Below are positions 53,801 through 64,000 of a stretch of 64,000 bases of DNA, in pieces. The notes beneath the pieces are model-generated. The model was given only the letters and a program-made list of their open reading frames with translations. It had not been told where the DNA came from and ran no database searches. This DNA is from Octopus sinensis. Taxonomy: Eukaryota. Position 1 is the stretch's first letter; each line of letters opens with the position of its first letter. The stretch is from positions 21,030,464 through 21,094,463 of the forward strand of contig NC_043011.1 of the NCBI RefSeq assembly GCF_006345805.1. The letters are read 5' to 3'. The position numbers and the translations under genes are program-made.

Positions 53801-54021
53801 CCCTTTCGTTACCAACCCGGCTGAAACCAGCTCTGGCTCTGTAGTACAAATGTCTTGTTTTCATAAATTTTGAATTAAAATCCTTCACCAAACCTTAGTC
53901 ACAATTTATGTTCCTAACACTAGCATAATGATAATGAAGTTATTTTACTAAATTCTTTGTTACATCTAAAATAATTGAAAAAAACACAGAGCATCTCAAA
54001 ATAAATGCAGTAATGAAAGGG
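53801..54021. mobile_element. piggyBac-type MITE family 1 (other copies 38184-38400, 61965-62183, partial 18889-19080)
   Basis: TTAA-ccctttcgttac ... gtaatgaaaggg-TTAA, with internal sequence shared among the four copies. Confidence 0.85.
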
Positions 54022-54070
54022 TTAAGAAACACACAAAAACCGTTAGATTCACTTCAACATTTAAATTTAA

Positions 54071-54121
54071 TTTGTCGAAATATTTTCGTTGCTTTGAGAC
54101 CGCGACCTGTTCACTGACAAA
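54071..54121 (-). ncRNA. Type I minimal hammerhead-like motif with a G3-C8 core
   Basis: UUUGUCA GUGAACA G GUCGC GGUCUCAAA GCAAC GAAA AUAU UU CGACAAA. Helix I 6/7 bp, helix II 4/5 bp, self-complementary helix III AAUAUU. Confidence 0.65.
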
Positions 54122-54172
54122 ATTCCATGCTGCATCAAGTACATCTCCGTAATTTTCTTCTTTTTTATCCAG

Positions 54173-54279
54173 GTATGGCTGCTATATCTGCTGCGGTCAT
54201 GTCTTCAGTGGATGGAGCTTTCTTTGGTTCTGGGTCTATGTTTACATATAATATCTACAGAGAGGTCATTAGAAAAAAT
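54173..54279 (+). CDS. SLC5A7: SLC5A7/CHT1-like exon (107 bp, phase 1 to 0)
   Basis: Acceptor ttttttatccAG and donor GTaagt at 54280. Translates (G)MAAISAAVMSSVDGAFFGSGSMFTYNIYREVIRKN, matching CHT1 [36 protein letters not shown]. Confidence 0.93.
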
Positions 54280-54314
54280 GTAAGTATGTCTTTGTGCTTG
54301 ATAGTTTGGTTGCT

Positions 54315-54813
54315 TAACCCTTTAGCATTCAGATTACTCTGTCAAATGTAATGCTGATTTATTCCTGTTGTTTTGAATTCATCATCATCATCATCATCGT
54401 TTAACGTTTGCTTTCCATGCTAGCATGGGTTGGACGATTTGACTGAGGACTGGCAAACCAGATGGCTGCACCAGGCTCCAATCTGATCTTGCAGAGTTTC
54501 TACAGCCCTTCCTAACGCCAATCATTCCAATCTGATCTAGCAGAGTTTCTACAGCTGGATGCCCCTCCTAACACCAACCACTCCAAGAGTGTAGTGGGTG
54601 CTTTTATGTGCCACCGGCACATAAATTAATCATGCATTAATTATGCATTAATTATGAATTAATCATGCATTATCTTGTAACTTCAAGATTTCGATGTGAT
54701 TGCTAATTTTTAGACTGACATTGTAGAATTGGAATGAGAGATTGGATCTGGTCAGTTTGAACCTAAAACAGAATATTTTGGCTGGATATGACCAGTTTAA
54801 ATGCTAAAGGGTT
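54315..54813. mobile_element. piggyBac-type MITE family 2 carrying an RTE tail insertion (similar composite at ~2790-3301)
   Basis: ttaaccctttagcattcag ... aatgctaaagggttaa termini with an RTE tail at 54381-54622. Confidence 0.72.
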
Positions 54814-56178
54814 AAATATGTTTTTTTTTTTTCCTTTTTTTCTCCTTGTTTTTGTTTTTATTGATGTAAACTAATTCTCACTATTGAACTTTGTCACCCA
54901 GGTAAAACGCATTACTGACTAAAATTAGTATAGCTAAGCATGTCATGCGTGACTTTCAATGTTTTTAGTCTTCAAATATCACTTAGCAAAATCAGTCAAT
55001 GTTTGGGTGAAGAGACCAGGAAGTCTAGTTATTGTTCAGGTGGGAAGAGAGGTCGTGTTATGTCTAAACACCTCCAAGATAGCATCAGCAGTAATTGGAG
55101 GCTGGGATTAGCATTCACTTTTGTCTTATTTGGTTCTATGACTGTTCTAAATAAAATACTTGTGGTGGAGGTCATATTTCTAACAACTTTGGTTGGTAAG
55201 CAAGCTACTTACCACACAGCCACTCCTACACCTACGTATGTTTACAACTCCTATTCCTATTACAACTCCTATTACAACTTTGTGAGTTTCAGCACAGAGG
55301 GAAGTGGAATAAAAATACTTTACTTGAATAATAGGTAAGTGTTGACAGCTGGAAAGGCATCTGAAGGTGGAAAAATCTACAGCACGGGGGGGGGGGGACT
55401 AGGCATAAAATGATGATGATGATATTATTATTTACCGTTTACTTGTTTCAGTCATTTTGACTGTGGCCATGCTGGGGCATCACCTTGAAAGGTTTTAGTT
55501 AAACAAGTTAGCCCCAGGACTTATTTTTTTAAAGCCTCATCCTAATCCTATCAATCCATTTTGCCAAATCACCAAGTTATGGGGATGTAAACACTCCAAC
55601 ACTGGTTGTCAAGCATTTGTGGGGGACAAACTCACACACACACACCGCCACTCACAAGACTTCACTTGGCCTGAGGCAGTAGTAGAAGACACTTGCCCAA
55701 AGTGCCACTCAGCAGGACTGAACCTGGAACCTAGTAGTTGAGAAAAGCAAGCTTCTTATTTCTTTATTGCCCACAAGGGGCTAAACACAGAGAGGACAAA
55801 CAAGGACAGACAAACGGATTAAGTTGATTATATCGACCTCAGTGCATAACTGGTACTTATTCAATTGACCCCGAAAGGATGAAAAGCAAAGTCGACCTCA
55901 GCATAATTTGAACTCAGAACGTTGTGGCAGACGAAATACCGCTAAGCATTTCACCCGGTGTGCTAACGTTTCTGCCAGCTCACCGCAAGCTTCTTACCAC
56001 ACAGCCATGCCTGCACCTGTTATATTTATCTTATATAAATACTGTTGTTGTATTATTTATGTATTTTTCTTAAAATTCATTTACTTGAAATTATATAACA
56101 TTTTGTTTCTTGAACTATTTTTATTATATAAGTAAATGTCTCTAAAATTCCTCTCTTTCTCTACTTTATTCTGTCTAG

Positions 56179-56742
56179 GTTTCTGAAAGAGAACTATTGA
56201 TCGTGCTGCGGATAGCTGTCATTCTAATTGGAACATTATCAACACTTGTTGCTATATACATTTCTACTGTTTACGGACTTTTCATCCTTGCATCTGATTT
56301 CGTCTTTGTCATCATCTTCCCTCAACTGATTTGTGTGGTGATGTCGAAACAGTCAAACACATACGGAGCTTTGGTCGGCTTCATTCTAAGTCTCATCCTA
56401 CGACTGGGCGGGGGTTCATCTGATTATTTAGACATTCCTCCTTTCATCCACTTCCCATTTTACAGCAAGGAGAAGGGACAGTTGTTTGCCTTCCGAACAT
56501 TTTCCATGTTAGTTTCTTTATTTGCGATAATCTCTGTCTCCTGGACGTTCAAGTGGGTCTTTCAGAAGAATCTGTTGTCAAAAAAGTGGGATGTCTTAAA
56601 ATGTTTCACTTCCGCATCGAGCTACTCCTTGACGAGTACCACATCATCCCGTAATGCCTTGCCACTGACGCCATCAACACCAGTTATTGATGGTAATGGA
56701 AACCTCCCAGATGGACTTATTCTTAATTGTGTCGATGCCTGA
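56179..56742 (+). CDS. SLC5A7: SLC5A7/CHT1-like terminal coding exon (187 aa + TGA)
   Basis: Acceptor ctgtctAG at 56177-78. Translates VSERELLIVLRIAV...TVYGLFILASDFVFVIIFPQLICV...NTYGALVG...LRLGGG...FAFRTFSM, matching CHT1 ASDKEIVWVMRITV...[24 protein letters not shown]...NTYGAVAG...LRITGG...FPFKTLAM. Overlaps ORF 56197..56742. Confidence 0.95.
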   Translation, partial: VSERELLIVLRIAVILIGTLSTLVAIYISTVYGLFILASDFVFVIIFPQLICVVMSKQSNTYGALVGFILSLILRLGGGSSDYLDIPPFIHFPFYSKEKGQLFAFRTFSMLVSLFAIISVSWTFKWVFQKNLLSKKWDVLKCFTSASSYSLTSTTSSRNALPLTPSTPVIDGNGNLPDGLILNCVDA

Positions 56743-56811
56743 ATGAAAAAAAAAATCTGTTTTTGAATCCAAGCTATTTAGTTTTTTTAATTTTGTATTG
56801 CCAGAATTCTC

Positions 56812-57065
56812 TGTCATCATCTTCATCATAATCCTCATCAGCATTAGCATCATCATCACCTTCATCAGCATCAGCATTATCATCATCATCATCGTCATCA
56901 CATTCCTCATCAACATTAGCATCATTATCATCATCACCTTCATCAGCATTATCATTATCATCTTCATTACATTCCTCATCAGCGTTAGCATCATTATCGT
57001 CATCATCATCATCAGCATTAACATTCTCATCATCACCATCATCATCATCATCATCAATTACAACA
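56812..57065. repeat. Mosaic (CAT/ATC)n repeat just 3' of the stop codon, probably in the 3' UTR
   Basis: Starts ~70 bp after the TGA at 56742; sub-blocks catcaccttcatcagcat and acattcctcatca recur. Confidence 0.85.
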
Positions 57066-60000
57066 TCATTAATACACTTGTTGTTACTATAATTGTCAAC
57101 ATAAGTGTAAAAATAGTTGAGAAATTAAAGGAACCTGATGGTAAGAAGAAGTGTGTTGGTTCTATCCTTGAGCAAGATGTTTTACTCTACTTTTTCTCAT
57201 TATACCTGGTTGGAAGAAGTGTACACGTACCCTTATATCACTAAACTAATTTGTGTAGTGTTTGAGCCAATGAGAAAGCTGGTACATGATTGCTTAACCT
57301 GCTAGAAATAGCAGCCAAAGTCTCTCAAATATCACTATTGTCTTAATAAAAAGCATATTAGATAATATAGTTCCAGGTGTGGCTGTTTAAAAGTGCAGAT
57401 GTGGCTATGTGGTAGAAGTTTGCTTCCCACCCACATGGTTCTGGGTTCAGTCCTACTGCTTGGCACCTTGGGCAAGTGTCTTCTACTATAATCACAGGCT
57501 GAGCAGAGCCTTGTGAGTGGATTTGGTAGATAGAAACCGAAAGAAGCCTGACACATATATATATGGGCATATGTGAGTGTGTGTGTGTGTGTGTGTCCCA
57601 GTACCACTTGACAACTAGTGTTGGTGTATTTACATCCCTGCAACTTAGTGGTTCAGCAAAAGAGACTGATAGAATAAGTACTAGGCTTAACAGAAAGTAA
57701 GTACTGGGGTCAATTCATTCAACTGAGAATTCTTGAATGCAGTGCTCCAGCATGGCCACAGTCTAATGACTGAAACAAGTAAAAGAAAAGAAAAGATATC
57801 CAAAACAAAAATGCTAAAGTGGTCACATCTGGAACACATTTTGATCATAGGCCTGCTTAATTAGATTTGACATGGAGTTAGTTAAACAACAACAGCAACA
57901 ACAACAAAACTGCTGCTGCTTGTTTAATGGCAGTCCTAATTAGTAATAATGTCCATTGCTTAAAATGTTTGTTTCACTGCTCGACTTCTAAAGAAACATT
58001 TGTGCACAAGCGTAATATGTCAAATCTCATGGAAAGTTGTGAAGAATCATCATCATCATCATCATCGTTTAACGTCCACTTTCCATGCTAGCATGAGTTG
58101 GACGATTTTGACTGTGGGCTGACGAACCAGATGGTTGCACCAGGCTCCAATCTCGATTTGGCAGAGTTTCTACAGCTGGATGCCCTTCCTAACGCCAACC
58201 ACTCCGAGAGTGTAGTGGGTGCTTTTTATGTGCCACCGGCACGGGGGCCAGTCAGGTGGTACTGGCAACGACCTCGCTCGAATCCTTTTACACATGCCAC
58301 CAGCACAGGTGCCAGTAAGGCGACTTTGGTAACGATCACGCTTAAATGGTGCCCTTTTACGTCCCACTGGCACGGAAGCCAGTTGGCTGCTCTGGCAACA
58401 ATCACGCTCGGATGGTGCTTTTGGCACCCTACTAGCACGGGCACAAGTGCCAGTAAGGCGACGCTGGTAATGATCACACTCGAATGGTGCCCTTTAAGTG
58501 CCACTGGCATGGAAGCCGGAATAATTTTCTGCTCTGTTCACAGACTGAATAGAACCTTGTGTTTCTTAATTTACTTGACCAACAACAAATGTATTTTAAG
58601 TGTTTTGAAACTTGTGGTGACATGCAAAAATGACTGTGACTACAGCAACAAGCAAATAATTGGTTGGTTTCAATTAAGTTAACACTAAATATTAATTACT
58701 TGTGAAGTTTAAAAAAATTTTATCTATTTTGTTTATTTTTATAGAGTGTGTTAGACAAAATACCTTGTGGAATTTGGTCCAATTTATTACTTTCTAAATC
58801 CTGCTGAGATCTACCTTACCTTCCATCTTCTTTGGTGAGGGTTGATAAAATAAAATTTTAATCAAATACTGGGGTTAAAGCAACTGACTATATCATTTCC
58901 CCAGGTTTCTGACATTGTGCCAATGTTAGAAATTATTACTATTATTATTAGGGCAGTGTGTTGACAGTATCATTGAAGTATTGGAAAAAAAAATGCTCTG
59001 TGGTATTTCTTTCAGACCCTTAAATTCTGAATTAAAATCCCACCAAGGTCAACTTTACCTTATTACAATAGGGTCCTAGAAGATAAAGGCTTCAAGGAAA
59101 CAATCTCATACATACCATGCGACACACAATCACAGTCCAAGAATAGACCCTGAGAGATATGGTTTGCTCCCCTACTTTTTATCTGAATGTTAAGACCAAC
59201 ACAGGGGACATTTTTCTGGCTCTTCTAGATAAACATTTACTTGGTAATCCCAAATACAGAAAAATCTTTAGTGAATGTTCTGTGAAGATATGTTAAACTT
59301 GAAGTTACTGTATAAATACAATTATCTCAAACAAGCCCACCAAGCAGATGGAAAAATGCTCATGGAAAAATTCACTAACTTGTCATGCAACATTAAAGTT
59401 CCTGGTGTATGAAGTTTCCTCAAATATGTCAAAACAGATGATTGATAAGAAAAGTTAGGTGCTTGCTATTATATTATAATAGCCAGGTTTCAACCCAGGC
59501 CAAAGGTTTTTAGAAGGGCTTTTAGAAAACTGTGCAATCTAGGGGACATTCAAGGAAAGGTTTTACAACATTAAGTTATCCTTCAGACACCCTGAAAAAT
59601 AAAATTTCATGACAGCACGAGATATGTAGAAATTGGAAGACTGAAAGCACACTCAAACATATCAAAGCTTTGTGGTCTTTGCACAGCAAAAAGAATACAC
59701 ATCCTGGCAAAAATTAATGAACTAACTAAATTCAAGAACGGGGTTATTTAAGAGGTGTACTCACTTAAATTTATTCTCTTCTGTTGGAAAATCTCATCCA
59801 CACCAAATATTTGAATTCAGAATGTAAAGACTGCTAAGCATTTTGCTCAAATGCTAATGATTCTGCCAGCTTGCCACCTTTAATTCAGAAAATATTAGCA
59901 TCAATTAACCTGTGACTTATAGAACGTTAACCTGTAGCTTAGAAAATGTTAACTTTAGTGTGATCAAGAAGGTTGCTTCCCAACGATATGGTTTTGGATG

Positions 60001-62764
60001 TTAAGTCACACTTCATGACACCTTGGGAAAGTGGTTTCTACTATGGCCCTGAGCCAACCAAAGCCTTGTCAATGGATCTGGTAGATGGAAACTGAAAGAA
60101 GCTTGTTATGTGTGAATGTGTGTTTATGTTTGTGCCTCCTTGCCTTGACATCATGTGATTGTTGTAAATGATTCTCATTCATTTCCAATGTTCTGTGTAA
60201 ACATCTCTGGTCATACGAAAATATTACTTTTCTTGGAAACAGGTAAGACTTAGCAATGGGAATGACTTCTGGTTGAAGAAAATCTGCATCAGTAAACTTC
60301 ATCTGACCCATGCAAGGTTGGAAGGGTGGTCATTAAAACGATGATGATTACGTATCTAGTATCTTCTACCAAAGAGGATACTAGCTAAGAGGAATTCTAA
60401 TTTTATTTGGTATATGGTAGTATATTGAAATTTGAACAATTTTGTTACAGCTCTTACACAGCCTAATTGGACTTAGGGAAAGTCTCTTGTTATTTACTGC
60501 CAATTACTAAATCCATCTCAATTTATTTAACTACAGTCTAGTTTTTCATTTTAAAACTCGTTATTTATTATTTACATTGGCCCTAAAGTGGCAAGGTGGC
60601 AGAATTGTTAGCAGGCTGGGCAAAATGCTTAGCGGCATTTCGTCTGTCTTTATGTTCTGAGTTCAAATTCTGCTGAGGTCCACTTTGTCTTTCACCATTT
60701 TTTAATTTTTTGGTGTGTGTGAGGCGGTGAGGGGGCAGTAAAATGAGTACCAGTTGAGTACTGAGGTTCATGTAATCAACTTTCAAGATGTTGCCCCAGC
60801 ATGGCCGCAGTCTAATGACTGAAACAAGTAAAAGATAAAAGACTTATCCTTTCCTCCGAAATTGCTGGCCTTGTGCCAAAATTTGAAACCATTTATATTG
60901 GCCCTCATCAATAACTCTGATCTACTCACTAGATTTTCCATATTGTAAAATGATGCAGTGATTCATTTATTAATCTCAGTAATTTGTTCTCCAATGAACG
61001 CTTTTAGCTTCCTTATACTTATCACAAACTGTAGTGTGTTTACTGTGACTAACCACTATTGGGTAAGTGACAGGCCTAGCCCTTCACCCATTTGAACACC
61101 ACAATCTGATTCGTGATGCCTTTAGGGCAATCCATCCATTGCAAGCATTCACATCAGGTCTTTGATGTGGTGCTGGCATTTGCACCAATTGATGCAGTGG
61201 TTTCTTCTTTTTCTTACATCAATCTGTTAAAAGATCACAAGTGTTGCTCTTCTTCCTCTGACAAAGCAATAAAGAAAAAAAAAAGGAAAAAGAAATACTT
61301 ATTTCCAACCAATAATGTAAAGGATTATTATTGTCCTTCAATAGATGACCTTTGATTTGTTCCGCCTCTGAGAAATTCATTGTGAAATTAATTCTGCAAC
61401 TGTTGAACAAATAGTTGGAAAAGTCAGATTTCATGACACATTTTCCTTTCCTTTCTTGTGCTGCCACAGAATGTCAGGGTCTCTGATTATGAGTTAAATG
61501 TTGCCATGGATGTATTTAGATTCCTACATTGTAGTGTGTATTTGTGTGAGAATGCATGTATATGTTTGACATCATTGACCATCTTGCTACTTTCAACAGG
61601 GTCATTCACCTTCAGGACCATTGACCTGCTGTTCAGACTGAACGTTCACTCTAACCTTAAGTTTCAAAATAGCATAGCTGAGCCGATCAACTTAACCAAT
61701 TTAGAGTATTCATGCTGTAATTTCAAGTCTCTGTGAAGGCTACCACATCTAAATCAAGTTGCTGGTGGTCATTCAATGCATGTGGGCCTGCTGTGAGTTA
61801 AAAGCCAACAGCTAAAGCACACATATTCATACAGCCATTCTTTAGTAAACTCGTTTATAGCCAAGGTTGAAAAACGAGAATTTAGTTCTTTCAATGGTGA
61901 TAGAGAATATACAGGAGTGTAGGATGTCCTTTTTTTCCCTTCACTAGCTCATCCATCAGCTTAACCCTTTCATTACTGTATTTATTTTGAGGTGCTCTGT
62001 GTTTCTTTCAATTACTTTAAATATAACAAAGAATTTAGTAAAATAACTTAGTTATCATTAAGCTAGTGTTAGGAACATAAATTGTGACTAAGGTTTGGTG
62101 GAAGATTTTAATTCAAAACTTATGAAAACAAGACATTTGTACTCAGAGCCAGAGCCGGTGTCAGCCAGGTTGGTAACAAAGGGTTAATGTTCTTTCAAAC
62201 TACTGTAACAGAAGCCTAGAGGAGGAGTAAGAGGAGAAGCTGCTTTGTGGTAATGTTTTATCATGGGTGGTATTGCGTTTCGTTTGTCTTGAATGGCCAA
62301 GACAAGAAAAAGGGGAGGATATTGAATAACAAAATTAGTCATATGTGTCATGTGGGTGGGCAAACATCAAGACAAAAGACTTTACAGGACTTACATTTTT
62401 GTGGGTATACAGAACAGTATGCCTGTCTATGTTTATCTGTCCTCGATTGCTTAAGGACTGGAGGGTGGGTAGGAGAAGGGTGTAGCTTTTTGACAAAAAT
62501 AAATAGAGAACCCCCTTATTACAGAAATACGATGCAATGATAATGTCTAATTGGGTTGTATTTAAATTATAGTAATGTGAGTTGAATCTAAGATAGAGGA
62601 AGGCTGACCATGATAAAAGAAAAATAGATTTAATATAATACCTTGCAACATCCTGAAGCTTCTCAAATTCTGAAGAAAACTGATTGTTGATAAATGGTTA
62701 AAAAAACGAAGTAGTTAAAATTTATGAAGATATTCCAGTTGCTTTATGGCTGGTGGAATGAAAT

Positions 62765-62879
<115 letters not shown>

Positions 62880-62880
62880 G

Positions 62881-63258
62881 GCGCAGGAGTGGCTGTGTGG
62901 TAAGTAGCCTGCTTACCAACCACACGGTTCTGGGTTCAGTCCCACTGCGTGGCACCTTGGGAAAGTGTCTTCTACTATAGCCTCGGGCCGACCAAAGCCT
63001 TGTGAGTGGATTTGGTAGACGGAAACTGAAAGAAGCCTGTCGTATATATATATATGTGTGTGTCTGTGTTTGTCCCCCCAACATCGCTTGACAACCGATG
63101 CTGGTATGTTTACGTCCCCGTTACTTAGCGGTTCGGTAAAAGAGACCGATAGAATAAGTACTAGGCTTACAAAGAATAAGACCTGGGGTCGAGTTGCTCG
63201 ACTAAAAGGCGGTGCTCCAGCATGGCCACAGTCAAGTGACTGAAACAAGTAAAAAAGA
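62881..63258 (+). mobile_element. SINE family A, representative full copy. Others approx. 2143-2525(-), 7375-7860(-), 17285-17732, 19750-20360(-), 26425-26787, 31375-31755(-), 32445-32770(-), 51870-52257(-), 55435-55760(-), 57375-57790, 63680-64000(-)
   Basis: tRNA-like head gtggctgtgtggtaag...ggttcagtccc, internal (TA)/(TG) tract, tail gactgaaacaagtaaaaga. More than 15 dispersed copies. Confidence 0.88.
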
Positions 63259-63283
63259 ATATATATATATATATATATATATG

Positions 63284-63562
63284 CGCGGAGGCGCAATGGC
63301 CCAGTGGTTAGGGCAGTTTCGATTCCCAGAGCGGGCGTTATGAGTGTTTATTGAGCGAAAACACCTAAAGCTCCACGAAGCTCCGGCAGGGAGTGGTGGC
63401 GATCACTGCTGTACTCTTTCGCCACAACTTTCTCTCACTCTTTCTTCTGTTGGCCTGCTCGCTTAGCCAGCGGAGTGGCATTATTTGATCGCTAAAACAA
63501 TGCGAAGCGCATTGTGACCAGCGATGTGTAGCAACATCTGATAGCTCAGTCGGTCACGGTGA
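63284..63562 (+). mobile_element. SINE family D (second copy 39063-39281, minus strand)
   Basis: ggaggcgcaatggcccagtggttagggcag head and acacctaaagctccacga body are shared by both copies. Confidence 0.78.
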
Positions 63563-64000
63563 TATATATATATTTAAATTGCTCATATGAATATAATACT
63601 TCATTCTACATTTTTTTTTACTATATGTATATATAGTAAAAAATATACATTTATATATATACATTTATATGTATATATTTTACTTGCATCTGTCATTAGA
63701 TTGCGGCTATGCTGGGGCACTGCCTTGAAGAATTTTCAGTCGAATGAATCGACTCAAGTGCTTTTTATAATGCCTGATACTTATACTTATTCTATCGGTC
63801 TCTTTTGCCGAAATACTAAATTACAGGAACGTAAATACACCAACAACGGTTGTCAGGCAGTAGTGGGTAACAAACGCAAACAAACACACATACGACGGGC
63901 TTCTTTCGGTTTCCGTCTACCAAACCCACCCACTAGGCTTTGGTCGGCCCGAGGCCATAGTAGAAGACACCGAAGGTGCAACGTAGTGAGACTGAACCCG

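Noticed and set aside
56674-57244. 127-aa poly-Met ORF (minus) and 148-aa poly-Ile ORF (plus)
   Set aside because: Both are translations of the (CAT)n mosaic after the stop codon.
57345-57350. AATAAA as the transporter polyadenylation signal
   Set aside because: The hexamer is common in this AT-rich DNA, it lies next to repeat-derived sequence, and there is no transcript evidence.

Overview
AT-rich eukaryotic genomic DNA. The repeat landscape (tRNA-derived SINEs, RTE LINE tails ending in (GAT)n, very long (TA)/(TATG) tracts) suggests a coleoid cephalopod such as Octopus; this is an inference. The only host gene I can support is the 3' part of a + strand SLC5A7/CHT1-like sodium:solute symporter. 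It has four coding exons (17989-18142, 20694-20801, 54173-54279, 56179-56742) joined by GT-AG introns in matching phases, including a 33.4-kb intron, and gives 310 aa plus stop. The 5' exons were not found and probably lie upstream of the window. The rest is mobile-element debris: a 5'-truncated RTE LINE with a PHD-like finger inside its RT and a multi-hairpin tandem array in its 3' UTR, about 20 tail-only copies of that family, a BovB-like relic, an R4/Dong-like RLE relic, a mariner fragment, Helitrons, hAT and piggyBac-type MITEs, four SINE families and microsatellites. The most notable hidden layer is a set of at least eight minimal type-I hammerhead ribozyme motifs of the Penelope-like kind. 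One has a swapped G3-C8 core pair and two sit in a 194-bp inverted repeat. There are also several long palindromes associated with (TA)n tracts. All alignments and folds were done by eye; coordinates of degenerate repeats are approximate.
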